Below, piece after piece: positions 8,082-18,900 of a DNA stretch of 63,099 nt (the stretch's first letter is position 1; every line of letters begins with the position of its first letter). The DNA is from Kiritimatiellia bacterium (GTDB lineage Bacteria; Verrucomicrobiota; Kiritimatiellia; RFP12; UBA1067). Under the pieces are notes generated by a model. It did not search any database. It had not been told where the DNA came from and saw only the letters and a program-made list of their open reading frames with translations. The DNA is taken from NCBI GenBank assembly GCA_017962315.1, contig JAGCVN010000106.1, forward strand, positions 1-63,099, written 5' to 3'. The translations under genes and the position numbers were made by a program.

Positions 8082-10364
8082 CTAAAACAAAAATCCCGTG
8101 ATCTCCGGCTCCAGCCGGACACCTTCCCGGTCCAGGGCGCGGCTTCGCATCATCCGCACCAGGGCAAGGATATCGGAGGCTGTCGTCCCCTTCCCCGCCG
8201 CGATGATATTCGCGTGGAACGACGTCACCTCAGCCCCGCCGATGCGCAGCCCTTTACACCCGGCCGCCTCCAGCACGCGTCCCGCATGACCGCCCGGCGG
8301 ATTGCGGAAAACCGACCCCTCCGTCCGCAACCCGGCCAGCGGAATCCGGCGCGCCCGGAACGCCTCGCGGCGCTGCCGCACCTCCTCCGGTTTCGCGCGC
8401 GACAGCCTCAAACCGCAGGAAACCGCGACGGGCCGCCCCCCTTCCACAGGGGCCAGAGCCCGGCAGGTGCGATAGCCGAAACCACACGCATCGGGAGAGA
8501 GTATAGCGGTTTCCCCGTCCGATTTCAAACACCGAATCCACGCAATAGATCCGCCGATCTCGCCGCCGTGCGCCCCGGCGTTCATCGCCAGCCACCCGCC
8601 AACCGTCCCCGGCACGCCGTCCAGAAACTCCAGACCGCCCCACCCTTCCCGTTCGCACCAGGCGAGCAGCGCGGGGCCGCGCATCCCGGCGGGCACGCAC
8701 ACCAACCCGTCGCGGACTTCCGGCGCACCGTCAGCGAGGCGGATCACGCAACCGTCGAAACCGAGGTCGCCCGCCCAGGTGTTCGCCCCCGCGCCCAGCA
8801 CGCGCCACGGAACCCGCGCCTTCCGGCAGACTTTCAACACCTCCGCCAGAACGGTCTCATCGGCGGAGTCGACAAAGAACCGGGCCTTCCCCCCGCAACC
8901 GAAAAACGTTTTGTCCGCAAGCGGGACACCCTTCCGCGTACCGGGAATCTCCACATCGTCCGGAATCCCCTTCCCGGCGTCGCGCCGGATCCGTTCCGCC
9001 ATCTCGATAATGTCCCCCGCCCCCGCGAGGAGGAGTATCCCGTTCTCCGGGAGATTCCGGCGCAAATAGTTCCATGCCTCTTCCATGTTTTGCGCGAGGA
9101 AGAGGCGCGGTACAACGTCCGCCCTGCGGAAATGCGCATAAAGGTCGGCGATGCGCCCCCCTTCCAACGGTGCTTCCGATGCCGCATAGACCGGTAGCAA
9201 AATCAGTTCGTCCGCACCTCGGAAAGCTTCGGGAAACTGGGTGCCGAGCGCTTTCGTCCGACTATACCGGTGCGGCTGGAAAACAACCGTCAACTTCGCG
9301 GGATCCCGTTGTTTCGCCATTGTGACCGCCGCACGGAGCTCCACGGGATGATGCGCGTAGTCCGCTATGATTTCCGTCGTGCCGATCCGGGCAACCGTCT
9401 CAAACCGACGTCCGGGCAGTTCCGAACAAGCCTCTTGTAGAAACGGAGCCGCCGATTCCACGGCGTATCCCGCCAAAACGGCGGCGGACAGCGCCCCCAG
9501 AGCGTTCAACACGTTGTGGACACCCCCGAAAGGAAGGCAGACGCGCCCGACCGTCCGTCCCTGCCACGCAATATCGAACGCGACCCCTTCGACGGAAACC
9601 GCAAGATTGATCCCGCGCAGTTCCGCCCCCTCCCCCATGCCGAAACGGAGCAGGCGGACACCTGCCTGGAGAGAGGAAACCGATTGCACGGAAAGTGCGC
9701 TGTCAGAACAGACGGCGACACCCTCGCGCGTCTGCCCGACGACCTTTCGGAAACAGGCAAGCAGGTCATCGGGCGTACGGAAAAAGTCGAGATGGTCGGG
9801 GTCGATCGCATTCACCACGGTAATCGCGGGATGATAAAGGGCCAACGTGCCATCGCTCTCATCCGCCTCCGCGACGAGAAGTTCGGAACCGGTATGCGCG
9901 ACGCCACCGAGGCTGTGCGTCGTCCCTCCGATGCACCAAGAGGGATTGGCTCCTAGCGCCTGAAGCAACCGGACCGCAAAACAGGAGGTCGTGGTCTTAC
10001 CGTGCGCGCCGCAAACGGCGACCCCTCGACGGGCGGAGAGGATCGAAGCCAAAACCTCCCCTCGCATGAACACCGGTATGCCCAAGTCCTCCGCCGCCTT
10101 GCGTTCGGGCGCGTCAGGATGGACGGCCGGTGTCGCGACAACCGCAGAGAGGGAAACGTCGAGATGCCCGGGGGAATGTCCCGTCGCGACGGGGATACCG
10201 CTAGCTTCCAGCCACGCCTTTAGCGTAGGATCCGGCTTCCCGTCGCAACCGTCCACATTCCAACCCGCATCATGCAGAAGCCGTGCGACCCCCGCCATAC
10301 CGACGCCGCACACCCCTGTGAAATGGGTTCTACCTCTATGTCCGTCAAGCCAACTGCTTTTCAT
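8082..10364 (-). CDS. murC/murB: Bifunctional MurC (UDP-MurNAc-L-Ala ligase)-MurB (UDP-N-acetylenolpyruvoylglucosamine reductase) fusion
   Basis: N-terminal GVCGVGM, GAHGKTTT, EADESDG, DYAHHP, FQPHRYSRT (MurC); C-terminal GVPGTVGG..MNAGAHG, GSVFRNP, HANII, LEPE (MurB). Confidence 0.92.
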   Translation of the reverse strand: MKSSWLDGHRGRTHFTGVCGVGMAGVARLLHDAGWNVDGCDGKPDPTLKAWLEASGIPVATGHSPGHLDVSLSAVVATPAVHPDAPERKAAEDLGIPVFMRGEVLASILSARRGVAVCGAHGKTTTSCFAVRLLQALGANPSWCIGGTTHSLGGVAHTGSELLVAEADESDGTLALYHPAITVVNAIDPDHLDFFRTPDDLLACFRKVVGQTREGVAVCSDSALSVQSVSSLQAGVRLLRFGMGEGAELRGINLAVSVEGVAFDIAWQGRTVGRVCLPFGGVHNVLNALGALSAAVLAGYAVESAAPFLQEACSELPGRRFETVARIGTTEIIADYAHHPVELRAAVTMAKQRDPAKLTVVFQPHRYSRTKALGTQFPEAFRGADELILLPVYAASEAPLEGGRIADLYAHFRRADVVPRLFLAQNMEEAWNYLRRNLPENGILLLAGAGDIIEMAERIRRDAGKGIPDDVEIPGTRKGVPLADKTFFGCGGKARFFVDSADETVLAEVLKVCRKARVPWRVLGAGANTWAGDLGFDGCVIRLADGAPEVRDGLVCVPAGMRGPALLAWCEREGWGGLEFLDGVPGTVGGWLAMNAGAHGGEIGGSIAWIRCLKSDGETAILSPDACGFGYRTCRALAPVEGGRPVAVSCGLRLSRAKPEEVRQRREAFRARRIPLAGLRTEGSVFRNPPGGHAGRVLEAAGCKGLRIGGAEVTSFHANIIAAGKGTTASDILALVRMMRSRALDREGVRLEPEITGFLF

Positions 10365-10968
10365 GTCCCCAGTCTACCAGATACCATGGAAATTGAAAGT
10401 AAATTTTACGGCTCTTCGCCACCGGCTTTCGACATCCGAAAACCGGCGGACTTGCCATCCGAGAACGGATGGCGAAAACGCTACCCGTTGTCCCCATTAC
10501 ACCCTTCCGTAGATTCACGCGCCACGTCACGGCGAGTTCTCGCGGGACGATCTCCACGACGCACCCGCCGCACCCCGCGACACGCCAGAACAGCTCTTCT
10601 GCGTACTGGATGGCGTGCCGCATCTCGTGACGGCAGACGGGTATGACCGCGCGCAGGACGGCCCTGCGGCCACCTTCTGGTGCGGCGTCGAGCAGGACCG
10701 GCACGCCCTTGTCGAGGGTGATCGCCCCGCCAGACGCGAACCAGCCGGAGACGCCGCGACCAAGGTCCGCCACCGCCACGCAGACGTTCTTGAGTTCAAG
10801 GTAGAACCTGAACAAATCCGTCCCCGTGTCGAAGATGTCCGACGCGGCCAGACTTTCGCCACCCCCCGTCTCGCACCAGATCCGCCTGCCGCTGGCGAGG
10901 TTGGTGCATTCAACCTCAAAACCTCGTTTGAAAATCCCACTCGGCTAGATGACAAGGTCAATACACAT
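10345..10968 (-). pseudogene. Interrupted ORF with an HExxH (HEMRH) zinc-peptidase-like motif
   Basis: GGAGGG RBS, ATG at 10968, in-frame TAG at codon 8 (10947-10945), then open in the same frame as listed ORF 10345..10815. Confidence 0.45.
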
Positions 10969-11025
10969 TACCCTCCATTTCTGTTTTCAAGAAACGGGCA
11001 AAGATGTCCCGTTTGTGACGTCTCC

Positions 11026-11042
11026 GGCCAAAGGTGTGCCAA
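11026..11042 (-). promoter_or_regulatory. Putative sigma-54 (-24/-12) promoter, leftward
   Basis: Minus strand TTGGCACACCTTTGGCC = TGGCAC with GG-N10-GC spacing. Confidence 0.45.
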
Positions 11043-11080
11043 ATAGACCCGACTTTTTTACAAAAAAAGCCAAATTTCGA

Positions 11081-11097
11081 TTGGCACGGGGTGTGCA
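11081..11097 (+). promoter_or_regulatory. Putative sigma-54 (-24/-12) promoter of the hsp20 pair
   Basis: TTGGCACGGGGTGTGCA closely matches YTGGCACG-N4-TTGCW with GG-N10-GC spacing, about 58 nt before the ATG. Confidence 0.65.
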
Positions 11098-11154
11098 GTA
11101 AGGAAAAGCGTTCCGGTCGGGGTAAGGCCGGAGAGTAAAGAAAGGAAACAAAAC

Positions 11155-11547
11155 ATGAGTATGTTTCGAGTAATCGGTGATCCTTGGCGTGAATTGAACG
11201 AGATGATTTCGCAGTTGCCCGGTGACTTGGGCCACGCCTTTTTCGGCCGCGCGAACCAGTATCCCCGCGTGAACATTTGGGAGAATGAGACGGGGATGGT
11301 TCTTGAGGCGGAGATCGCGGGCGTCGATCCGGCGAAGCTGGACATCTCCGCCGAGGGTAACACGTTGACGATCCGCGGGGAGAAGACGAGCGGCGGTATG
11401 AAGCCGTATGAGTTCCAGCGCCAGTTCGCGCTGCCCTTTGAACTGTCGGAAGCCGACATCAAGGCGACCGTCAAAGACGGCCTGCTCACGCTTGCCATTC
11501 CGAGGAAGGCGGCGACGAAACGGAAGATCGCGATTGAAACCCTGTAA
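11155..11547 (+). CDS. Hsp20/alpha-crystallin small heat-shock protein
   Basis: YPRVNIWE, AEIAGV, LTIRGEK, FQRQFALP, ATVKDGLLTLAIPR; AAGGA RBS. Confidence 0.92.
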   Translation: MSMFRVIGDPWRELNEMISQLPGDLGHAFFGRANQYPRVNIWENETGMVLEAEIAGVDPAKLDISAEGNTLTIRGEKTSGGMKPYEFQRQFALPFELSEADIKATVKDGLLTLAIPRKAATKRKIAIETL

Positions 11548-11578
11548 GGAATCTCTTAAAACGGAAAGGAACTTTGAC

Positions 11579-11980
11579 ATGAACACGGAAAAAGAAGAAC
11601 GGAATGACGAGACGACGGGCACCGCCACGGCGACGCCGACGGTGAAACACCCCCGAGCCGAAATCTCCCCGCTTTACACGGTCGAAGAATCGGCGGACGG
11701 CTACACGCTCACCCTTGAACTGCCGGGCGTAGACACGAAGGACATCAACCTGGAGATCGAGAACCGTACCCTCTCCGTGACGGCGGAGAACACGGTCGGT
11801 GCCTATGAAGGCTACGCGAAGGTCATCCGCGAAGCACCGGAAGTCCGTTACCGCGCCTCCTTCGACCTGCCGGAACAGGTGGACGGAGAAGCCGTCAAAG
11901 CGTCACGCAAGAACGGGCTGTTGATCCTGACCCTGCCGAAACGGGCGGCGGTCAAACCCCGCAAGATCGAAATCGGGTGA
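11579..11980 (+). CDS. Hsp20/alpha-crystallin small heat-shock protein (second copy)
   Basis: Start reassigned to ATG 11579 (AAGGA RBS); LELPGV, YRASFDLP, ASRKNGLLILTLPK, PRKIEI. Confidence 0.9.
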   Translation: MNTEKEERNDETTGTATATPTVKHPRAEISPLYTVEESADGYTLTLELPGVDTKDINLEIENRTLSVTAENTVGAYEGYAKVIREAPEVRYRASFDLPEQVDGEAVKASRKNGLLILTLPKRAAVKPRKIEIG

Positions 11981-11997
11981 CGCCCACCCGATCCACC

Positions 11998-12038
11998 GGA
12001 AAGGCCGGACACGCATGTGTCCGGCCTTTCCCATTTTC
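11998..12038 (+). terminator. Intrinsic terminator after the hsp20 operon
   Basis: Perfect 15-bp stem GGAAAGGCCGGACAC-GCAT-GTGTCCGGCCTTTCC followed by CATTTT. Confidence 0.8.
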
Positions 12039-12224
12039 CGAATGCCCCCCTATCATACCGTCCTGCCCAAACACCGCGATCCCGTGCCTCATCCGCAACA
12101 CTCCGATTCGCATGGGCAGCGGGGCAGATCGGACGTACACTCACTGGACGATTGTCAACCCGGTACAACGGCGAGAAATTGCCTCGACACACTGGTGATA
12201 GGTTTCCGCCGCCGCGTACAACGC

Positions 12225-12254
12225 TTGACTTGAATGTGTGCGGCAGAGTATACT
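12225..12254 (+). promoter_or_regulatory. Sigma-70-type promoter
   Basis: TTGACT-18-TATACT upstream of the oxidoreductase. Confidence 0.5.
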
Positions 12255-12356
12255 CCACCGCACGTCTGGTGGGAGAGCACACGCAATGACAACATGCCAT
12301 TGGCGGTACGCTTGTGGAACACGTCGTGAAAGAAAACCATCACGGAGGGAAAAGCC

Positions 12357-13769
12357 ATGCAGAGCAGAAAAGGGTTTCTGAAGGAATCAATGCTCGCCGA
12401 GGCGGGCTGCCTCGCGGAGACGGAAACTGTGGCGAAGAAGGCGTCGGCGGAGAAGTCCGCCGCGGTGGACAATCCGCTGGTCTACACCATGCGCCCGATG
12501 AAGGCGGAACTTTCGCGCGAGCTGACGGTCGCCATCGTCGGCGCGGGCGGGCGCGGTAACGCCTATCAGCACTATGGCAGGAAGTACCGAGGCACGATGA
12601 AAGTCGTCGCCGTGGTGGATACCAACCAATACCGTCTCGACAAGATGGCGAATGCCTGGAAGATCCCCGCCGAACGGCGTTTCCACGACTATCGCGAACT
12701 CCTCGCCGCGAGCGCGAACGGGAAACTTGCGGACATCCTCGTCGTCACGCTCCCCGACCATCTCCACTGCGACGCGACAATCAAGGGGATGGAACTTGGA
12801 TACGACGTCCTCGTGGAGAAGCCGATGGCGCAGTCCGCGAAGGAGTGCCTTGCCATGCTCGCGAAGCAGAAGGAGACCGGGCGCATCGTGGGCGTATGCC
12901 ACGTGCTCAGGTACGCGGCGTACTTCGAGGCGATCAAGTCGGCCGTTGACCGTGGGCTCATCGGCGAGATCATGTCGATCCAGCACTCGGAACTTGTCGA
13001 GAAGATTCACACGTCCAATTCGTATGTGCGCGGGAACTGGCGGAACTCCAAAATCGCCACACCGATGGTCATCTCGAAATGCTGCCACGACCTCGACCTC
13101 ATCAACTGGTTCATCGGGACGCGCTGCACACACGCGAGCGCGGAAGGGGAACTGCGGTACTTCTGCGCAAAGAATCGTCCCAATGGTGCGCCCGCGCGCT
13201 GCACGGACGGCTGTCCGTTCGAGAAGGACTGCATCTACTCGGCCCTCAAGATATACGTGAAGCGCCGCTCGTGGACGGATCCGCTCGACCTGCCGCCCAA
13301 GGCGACGGACGAGCAGGTGACGAAGATCCTCGCCGCCTCGCCCTACAGCCGCTGCGTGTTCGCGTGCGACAACGACCAGCCGGAGCAGTACGCCGCCGCG
13401 CTCCGTTTCGAGAACGGCGTCTCCGTGGCGTTCTCCTACGAGGGGCTTTCGCCCGTGGGACAGCGGCGGACGCGCATCATCGGAACGAAGGGCATGATCG
13501 AAGGCGACGGAATCGGTTTCCGCCTCACGGAGCTTGCAACGGGGAAGAGCAGGGACTGGAGCATGAAGATCCAGGACGTCCCCGGTTACGAGCAGCAGGG
13601 GCACGGCGGCGGCGACCTCCGCCTCATGCGCGACTTCCTGATGGCGGTTGACAAACGCGATCCATCCCTTCTCACGTCGTCCCTCGAGGCGAGCGTGGAG
13701 AGCCACCTGATCGGCTTCGCCTGCGAGGAAAGCCGCCTCACGGGGAAAAAGGTCAAGATCCACGGATAA
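12357..13769 (+). CDS. Gfo/Idh/MocA family oxidoreductase with a degenerate Tat-like leader
   Basis: AIVGAGGRG, VEKPM, CCHDLD, GHGGGD; N-terminal SRKGFLK; GGAGG RBS. Confidence 0.9.
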   Translation: MQSRKGFLKESMLAEAGCLAETETVAKKASAEKSAAVDNPLVYTMRPMKAELSRELTVAIVGAGGRGNAYQHYGRKYRGTMKVVAVVDTNQYRLDKMANAWKIPAERRFHDYRELLAASANGKLADILVVTLPDHLHCDATIKGMELGYDVLVEKPMAQSAKECLAMLAKQKETGRIVGVCHVLRYAAYFEAIKSAVDRGLIGEIMSIQHSELVEKIHTSNSYVRGNWRNSKIATPMVISKCCHDLDLINWFIGTRCTHASAEGELRYFCAKNRPNGAPARCTDGCPFEKDCIYSALKIYVKRRSWTDPLDLPPKATDEQVTKILAASPYSRCVFACDNDQPEQYAAALRFENGVSVAFSYEGLSPVGQRRTRIIGTKGMIEGDGIGFRLTELATGKSRDWSMKIQDVPGYEQQGHGGGDLRLMRDFLMAVDKRDPSLLTSSLEASVESHLIGFACEESRLTGKKVKIHG

Positions 13770-13801
13770 GCTGACGGGATGTCCTGAGATCGGAGAAGAA
13801 C

Positions 13802-15394
13802 ATGACGTACAAAACACGAACGATCCGCAACATCGTATTCGTTACCGCAGGAGTAGTCTCCGGACTGCTCATTGCTGCGGAATGCCCCGTCGGCGAAGAA
13901 TCTGCGGTGCCCGCCACACCCAAGGCCGCGACGATCATCCCTGCGCCGCGTGAGATTCGCACGACGGGCGGCGGGTATTGGGAGAAGACACCGCCGAAAC
14001 TGGAGAAGGTGGCGGGCATTCCGCCGGAGGGGTACGAGCTGTCGATCACGACGAACGGCATCACGATCCGCCACTCCGACGACGCGGGCGCGTTCTATGC
14101 GAACATGACGCTCTTCCATTCGGGGCGCTGGGACGCGAAGGCGAAGTGCAAGGTCTATCCGTGTCTTGAAATCAGGGACTGGCCCCAGTTCAGGTGGCGC
14201 GGGGTGCATCTGGACGATTCGCGGCGCTTCTTCGGAAAGGACGCGATCCTGCAGCTCCTGAAGCAGATGTCGTGGTTCAAGTTCAACGTGTTCCACTGGC
14301 ATCTCACCGACGACCAGCTCTGGTCGCTGGAAATCCCAGGTTACCCCGAACTGCAGAAGTACGGCGCGGAATGGCATCTCAAAGGCCAGGCGAAGAGGTG
14401 GCGCGGCGAGAAGGTGGGGGCGCTGTGCTACACCGCGAACGACGTGAAGGAGATTCTCGCCTACGCCAAGGAACGCCACATCACCGTCGTGCCCGAAATC
14501 GAACTGCCCGGCCACTCGACGGCGGCGATTCTCGCGTACCCGGAACTCTACTGCTTTCCGAAGGAAATCTATTCGAAAAACCGCGACGTGTTCACGTTCA
14601 ACGACGGCAAATTGTACCTTGGCGTCTATTGTTTCGGCAATCCCGACACGTTCCGCTTCCTCGAAAAGGTACTTGACTACGTGTGCGAGCTGTTCCCGAG
14701 CGAGGTGATCCACATCGGCGGCGACGAGTGTTCGCGCCGCAACTGGAAGGCCTGTCCGAAGTGCCAGACGTTCATCAAGGAGAAGGGCTTGAAGGGCGTG
14801 GAGGACATCCAGCCGTGGGTGACGCGGTATTTCGTCGAATACCTTGCGAAGAAGGGACGGCGGACGATCGGATGGGACGAGATCTTCATGTCGTCGGACT
14901 GGACAAAATGGAATGACTTCCTCCGTACGAAAGGCGATTCCTTCTCTTCGCTTGTCCCGAAGACGACGATGGGCATGTGCTGGCGCACGTGGGGGCCTGG
15001 CGCGTTGGCCGCCAACAGGGGATACGAAATCGTGCGCTGTCCCGGACAATGCTGTTACTTCGACGCGCGGCAGGGGCTTGCGGAAGATCCGCATTTTTAC
15101 TTCGGGGGAACTGTCACGACGCTTGAAAAGGTCTATCGATTCGATCCATACGAGGGCGTGGAGCCTGCGGCACGGAAGAACGTGGTCGGCGGACAGTGCT
15201 GCAACTGGTCCACGCACACCTTCTGTCTTGACGGGCTGGAATGGAAAATGTGGCCACGCGGGTTCGCGCTCGCGGAGGTGCTGTGGACGTATCCCGACCC
15301 CGCCAAGCGCGACTTCAAGGAGTTTGAGGCGCGAGCGGCCAATTATCGTCGCCGACTCATCGGCGCACATGTCAACTGCGCCCCGCTGAAGTAG
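13802..15394 (+). CDS. GH20 beta-N-acetylhexosaminidase
   Basis: RGVHLDDSR, FHWHLTDDQ, PEIELPGHS, catalytic HIGGDE, GWDE; signal peptide. Confidence 0.93.
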   Translation: MTYKTRTIRNIVFVTAGVVSGLLIAAECPVGEESAVPATPKAATIIPAPREIRTTGGGYWEKTPPKLEKVAGIPPEGYELSITTNGITIRHSDDAGAFYANMTLFHSGRWDAKAKCKVYPCLEIRDWPQFRWRGVHLDDSRRFFGKDAILQLLKQMSWFKFNVFHWHLTDDQLWSLEIPGYPELQKYGAEWHLKGQAKRWRGEKVGALCYTANDVKEILAYAKERHITVVPEIELPGHSTAAILAYPELYCFPKEIYSKNRDVFTFNDGKLYLGVYCFGNPDTFRFLEKVLDYVCELFPSEVIHIGGDECSRRNWKACPKCQTFIKEKGLKGVEDIQPWVTRYFVEYLAKKGRRTIGWDEIFMSSDWTKWNDFLRTKGDSFSSLVPKTTMGMCWRTWGPGALAANRGYEIVRCPGQCCYFDARQGLAEDPHFYFGGTVTTLEKVYRFDPYEGVEPAARKNVVGGQCCNWSTHTFCLDGLEWKMWPRGFALAEVLWTYPDPAKRDFKEFEARAANYRRRLIGAHVNCAPLK

Positions 15395-15410
15395 CATAGT
15401 CCGCGATCTA

Positions 15411-15789
15411 AGGGACTTCGTGTATGAGTGTAGGTCTGGCTCAACCGGCAAAGGGTATTTTCGAGGTGTGAAACGTCGGTTTTTCAAGGAAAGCAACGGG
15501 CGGGAAACCTCGCGCGTTTTTTGAACCTAAAGCCGGGAGGGGCGGCGTGGATACGGAGGGGCGTGATTCGGGAAACGGGGACGTTGCCCCTCCAGAAAAC
15601 AGCGCCGACGGCAGCCTGTCCCCCTTTGCGTTTCTTACGCAAAAATACCCGTGCTTTGAAATCTGTTCTTTCCTGCGACTTCGCGTCCCTGCGTTTCAAT
15701 CAAACGAAAGACGGAAAAGGAGAATCCATGTTTCGGCGAAATACCCGAAAGTCGGCAGCCCCCCCCCCACACGTATGTCTGAAGAGCCC
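15411..15789. mobile_element. MITE-like element, copy 1 (379 bp)
   Basis: Ends AGGGACTTCGTGTATGAGTG ... CACGTATGTCTGAAGAGCCC form an imperfect inverted repeat; flanks GATCTA/GATATA; homologous to 34962-35497 and 54505-54702. Confidence 0.75.
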
Positions 15790-15886
15790 GATATAATAGT
15801 GCGGACTTATTGCATTTCCTGAATTTCGTTATCGCTCCGCACCACGCCCCTCCCCTCCTGCCGATCTCAAAAGTCTGATTTCGCAA

Positions 15887-15916
15887 TTGACAAAAACGCA
15901 GGGGGAGGGGTAAAAT
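15887..15916 (+). promoter_or_regulatory. Sigma-70-type promoter
   Basis: TTGACA-18-TAAAAT upstream of the 1957-aa gene. Confidence 0.55.
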
Positions 15917-15971
15917 AACTGTAATCGTCTTCAAGTAAAAAGGCATTGGATTTAAAGGAAAGGAAACAGGC

Positions 15972-18900
15972 ATGCAAACAAAGCAAACGAGTGGCAAAGT
16001 CGCTTTTTGCGTGGCGCTGATTGCTGCGGCTTGCGCCTACGGTGTAGGGTTGGACCTCGCGCCGTTCTCGCGCACCTGCACGTTCACCGTGTCGGGATAT
16101 CAGGGGGCGACCGCGCTTGATGGATTCCCCGTCCTGATACGCCTTTCTGAATCGATCTCCGGGTTCTCGTACGCCGACTGCGACGCGAACGGCGCCGACC
16201 TGCGTTTCACGGACGCCACGGGCGAACTTCTGCCGCACGAGATCGACACGTGGGACACGTCCGGCGAATCGTCCGTGTGGGTGAAGGTGCCCACGCTCTC
16301 CGGCACCGCCACCGCCGTGCATCTGTACTATGGCGTGGGCGATCCCACGACATTGCCCGCCGTCAATGCGAGGGACGTGTGGACGAAGTACATCACGGTG
16401 GTCCATGGCGGCACGGGATTGTCCGACTCCTCCCCGAAGGCACTTGCCGTGGCGAACGGAGGCGGCGTGAGCGCCACGGCCGGAAGCGGCATCGTGGGCG
16501 GCGGCGTACACAAGCCCACGGCAAACACGATTGGACTGAACGTGCCAAATCCGATCAAGAACAACACCCTTGCGGACAAGACGCGCTTCTCGTTCTCCGC
16601 ATGGTACAGATCTGCCGGTGCTGGCACCACCAGCGGCACCGCGATTATCGCCGCAAGCAAGGGCACGTGGGGCGGAACGGGGTATCTGCTCATCTGCGAG
16701 GGAGGGAAGTACATGTCGGTGGCCGTCCAGTCCACACACCAGGGAACAAGCGGCAAGGGCGCACTCGTCAAGGACCAATGGGCGCACGTGGCGTTCTCCT
16801 ACGTCACGACCGGCAGCGTGAACACCTACTTCGACGGGACGTCGGTCTATTCGAACGCTTCCGCAAAGTCGCTGGACGACGAAGGCAAGAACAACTGGAC
16901 GGTGGGCGGCTACGCGATGACAACGCATACATCCAACTTTCTCGGCGACATGGACGAAATCCGCATCTACGACGGAATCGCGTCCGCCGACTGGATCAAG
17001 GCCGAACACGATTCCGTGGCGAACGCGAGCTTCGCGGTGGCCGGCGCGGCGACGGCGAACTCCGCGTGGGACTGCGCGGGCCGCGTACTCTCCGCGCGCC
17101 AGACGGCTGACGGCATCCGGGTCACTGGTACGCTTGCGCGCCTGGCATCGTCGGCTTCAAGCGTTTCCGTTTCGCTCAAGTGGGGCGTGACGACGGCGCT
17201 GGAGGGCGGAACGGTCGCTGCAGGCGAGTTGACGGCACCGGGCGATTTCTCGGCGACGTTCCCCGGTACGATGGCGGGGACGACATACCATTTCGCGTTC
17301 GTGCTGACGCCCGACCAAGGCAACGAGGTGACCACGGGGGTGTCAACGTTCCTCAACTCTGGGGCGGGAGTGCTTTGGCGTCCGCAGACTGCCAACGACA
17401 CATGGAACACGGCCTCGTGGCAGCTGGGCGCGCAGACCACCGAGTTCACGGCTGGCTGGCCGGTGACGTTCGACGGCGCGGAGCAGAACTACGTCGAGAC
17501 GATCACGGCGCCCAGCGCGGTGGAGACGGCCTCCATGTCCGTGGGCGGCACGAAGGACTACACGTTGTCCGGCGGACCCATTCTCGCGGACGAGTTGGTG
17601 AAGACCGGATCCGGCACGCTGAAGCCGAAGACGGCATTTGCCGAGCCGCTCAACTTCGACGTGCGCGAGGGCGTTGTGGCGTATGACGCCTCGTTTAACT
17701 TCGGGAGTTCCGCCGTGGCGGGGACCTCGACTCTCGTCCTTGGCGGCGGCGTGAACGAGGCGCGCATTTCCAGCAACAAGGAGCTGTGCTTCGCCAGGGG
17801 TGCGGGGAGTTCCGCAGACGTGACCGTCAAGACGAACGGCATGATCGTGATTGACGCGAACTCGACATGGCTCCGTTTTGGCGCGGAGCCGGGGGCGAAC
17901 TGCACTGTCGTCGTCGAGAAGGGCGGCTATCTGGAGAGCGGCATGCTCATGTTCGGGTCGCAGGGTGCCAACTGCACCGCACGTGTCGCAGGCACGGTCG
18001 TCGTGCGTCAGTATCCCCTGGGCGTGGGCGAGGGCAGCAACACTTCCCTCGTGCTTGAGCCAGGCGGACGCATCAAGGCGCGCGGCATGCAGATGTGGAA
18101 CAACTCCCCCACATGGAGCGGCCACACCGGGCAGAGCACATTGCACGTACACGACGGCGTGCTCGAACTCTACCCCGTGGCGTCGTATGCCACCACTTCG
18201 CCGATCCTCAATACTGCTCTGCATGTCACGTATGAGGACGCCATAACCTTCGACATTCCCTCCGGCGGTGCCTCCTACGTCCTGGCCGCCCTCACGAACG
18301 TGACCGAGAATGGAACGGCGCATCTCGTCAAGACGGGCGGCGGCGACCTCACGGTGTCGGGCGACCTGGGCGGCATCAGCGGCGAAATCGACGTCCTTGC
18401 CGGATGCCTCACGTTCACGAAGTTTTTTGCCGCCGACGCGGATGTGACGATCAACGTCGCGGAAGGCGCTTATGTGAGCGGCGACATCGTGGGCGGCGCG
18501 GAAAACATCCTCAAGTTTATTTCCAAGGACTCTCGCGGTACGCTCGTTCTGCACGGCAACAACGCGAACGAAACGATTGACCTGAGCGAATACCCGAACC
18601 TTAAGCTCGCCATCTGGAACGGCAGCGGATTCAACGGAAAGATCATCCCCTACGGGAACCATTACGTGTTCGACATGTTCGGTCAAACGGGTGTCCTCAA
18701 CACGCCCGTGGCGGATACGAACGGCATTCCCGCGCGCATTACGATCACGGATTCTGTTGGTGGCGGCGTGATGACCCTTGCAGCGGACAACTCCGAGATG
18801 TCCGGCCCGATCGAGGTCTCGGGTGACGTCAGTCTGCGCCTTGCCCATGCGCACGCCGCTGGCACCGGCAACGTGACGCTCGGCGAAGGGGTGTCGATCG

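Noticed and set aside
11040-11150. CIRCE/HrcA operator upstream of hsp20
   Set aside because: No TTAGCACTC-N9-GAGTGCTAA; the TTGGCAC motifs fit -24/-12 spacing instead
12040-12220. Intergenic stretch as a possible riboswitch or ncRNA
   Set aside because: No recognisable conserved aptamer motif or convincing extended structure by eye
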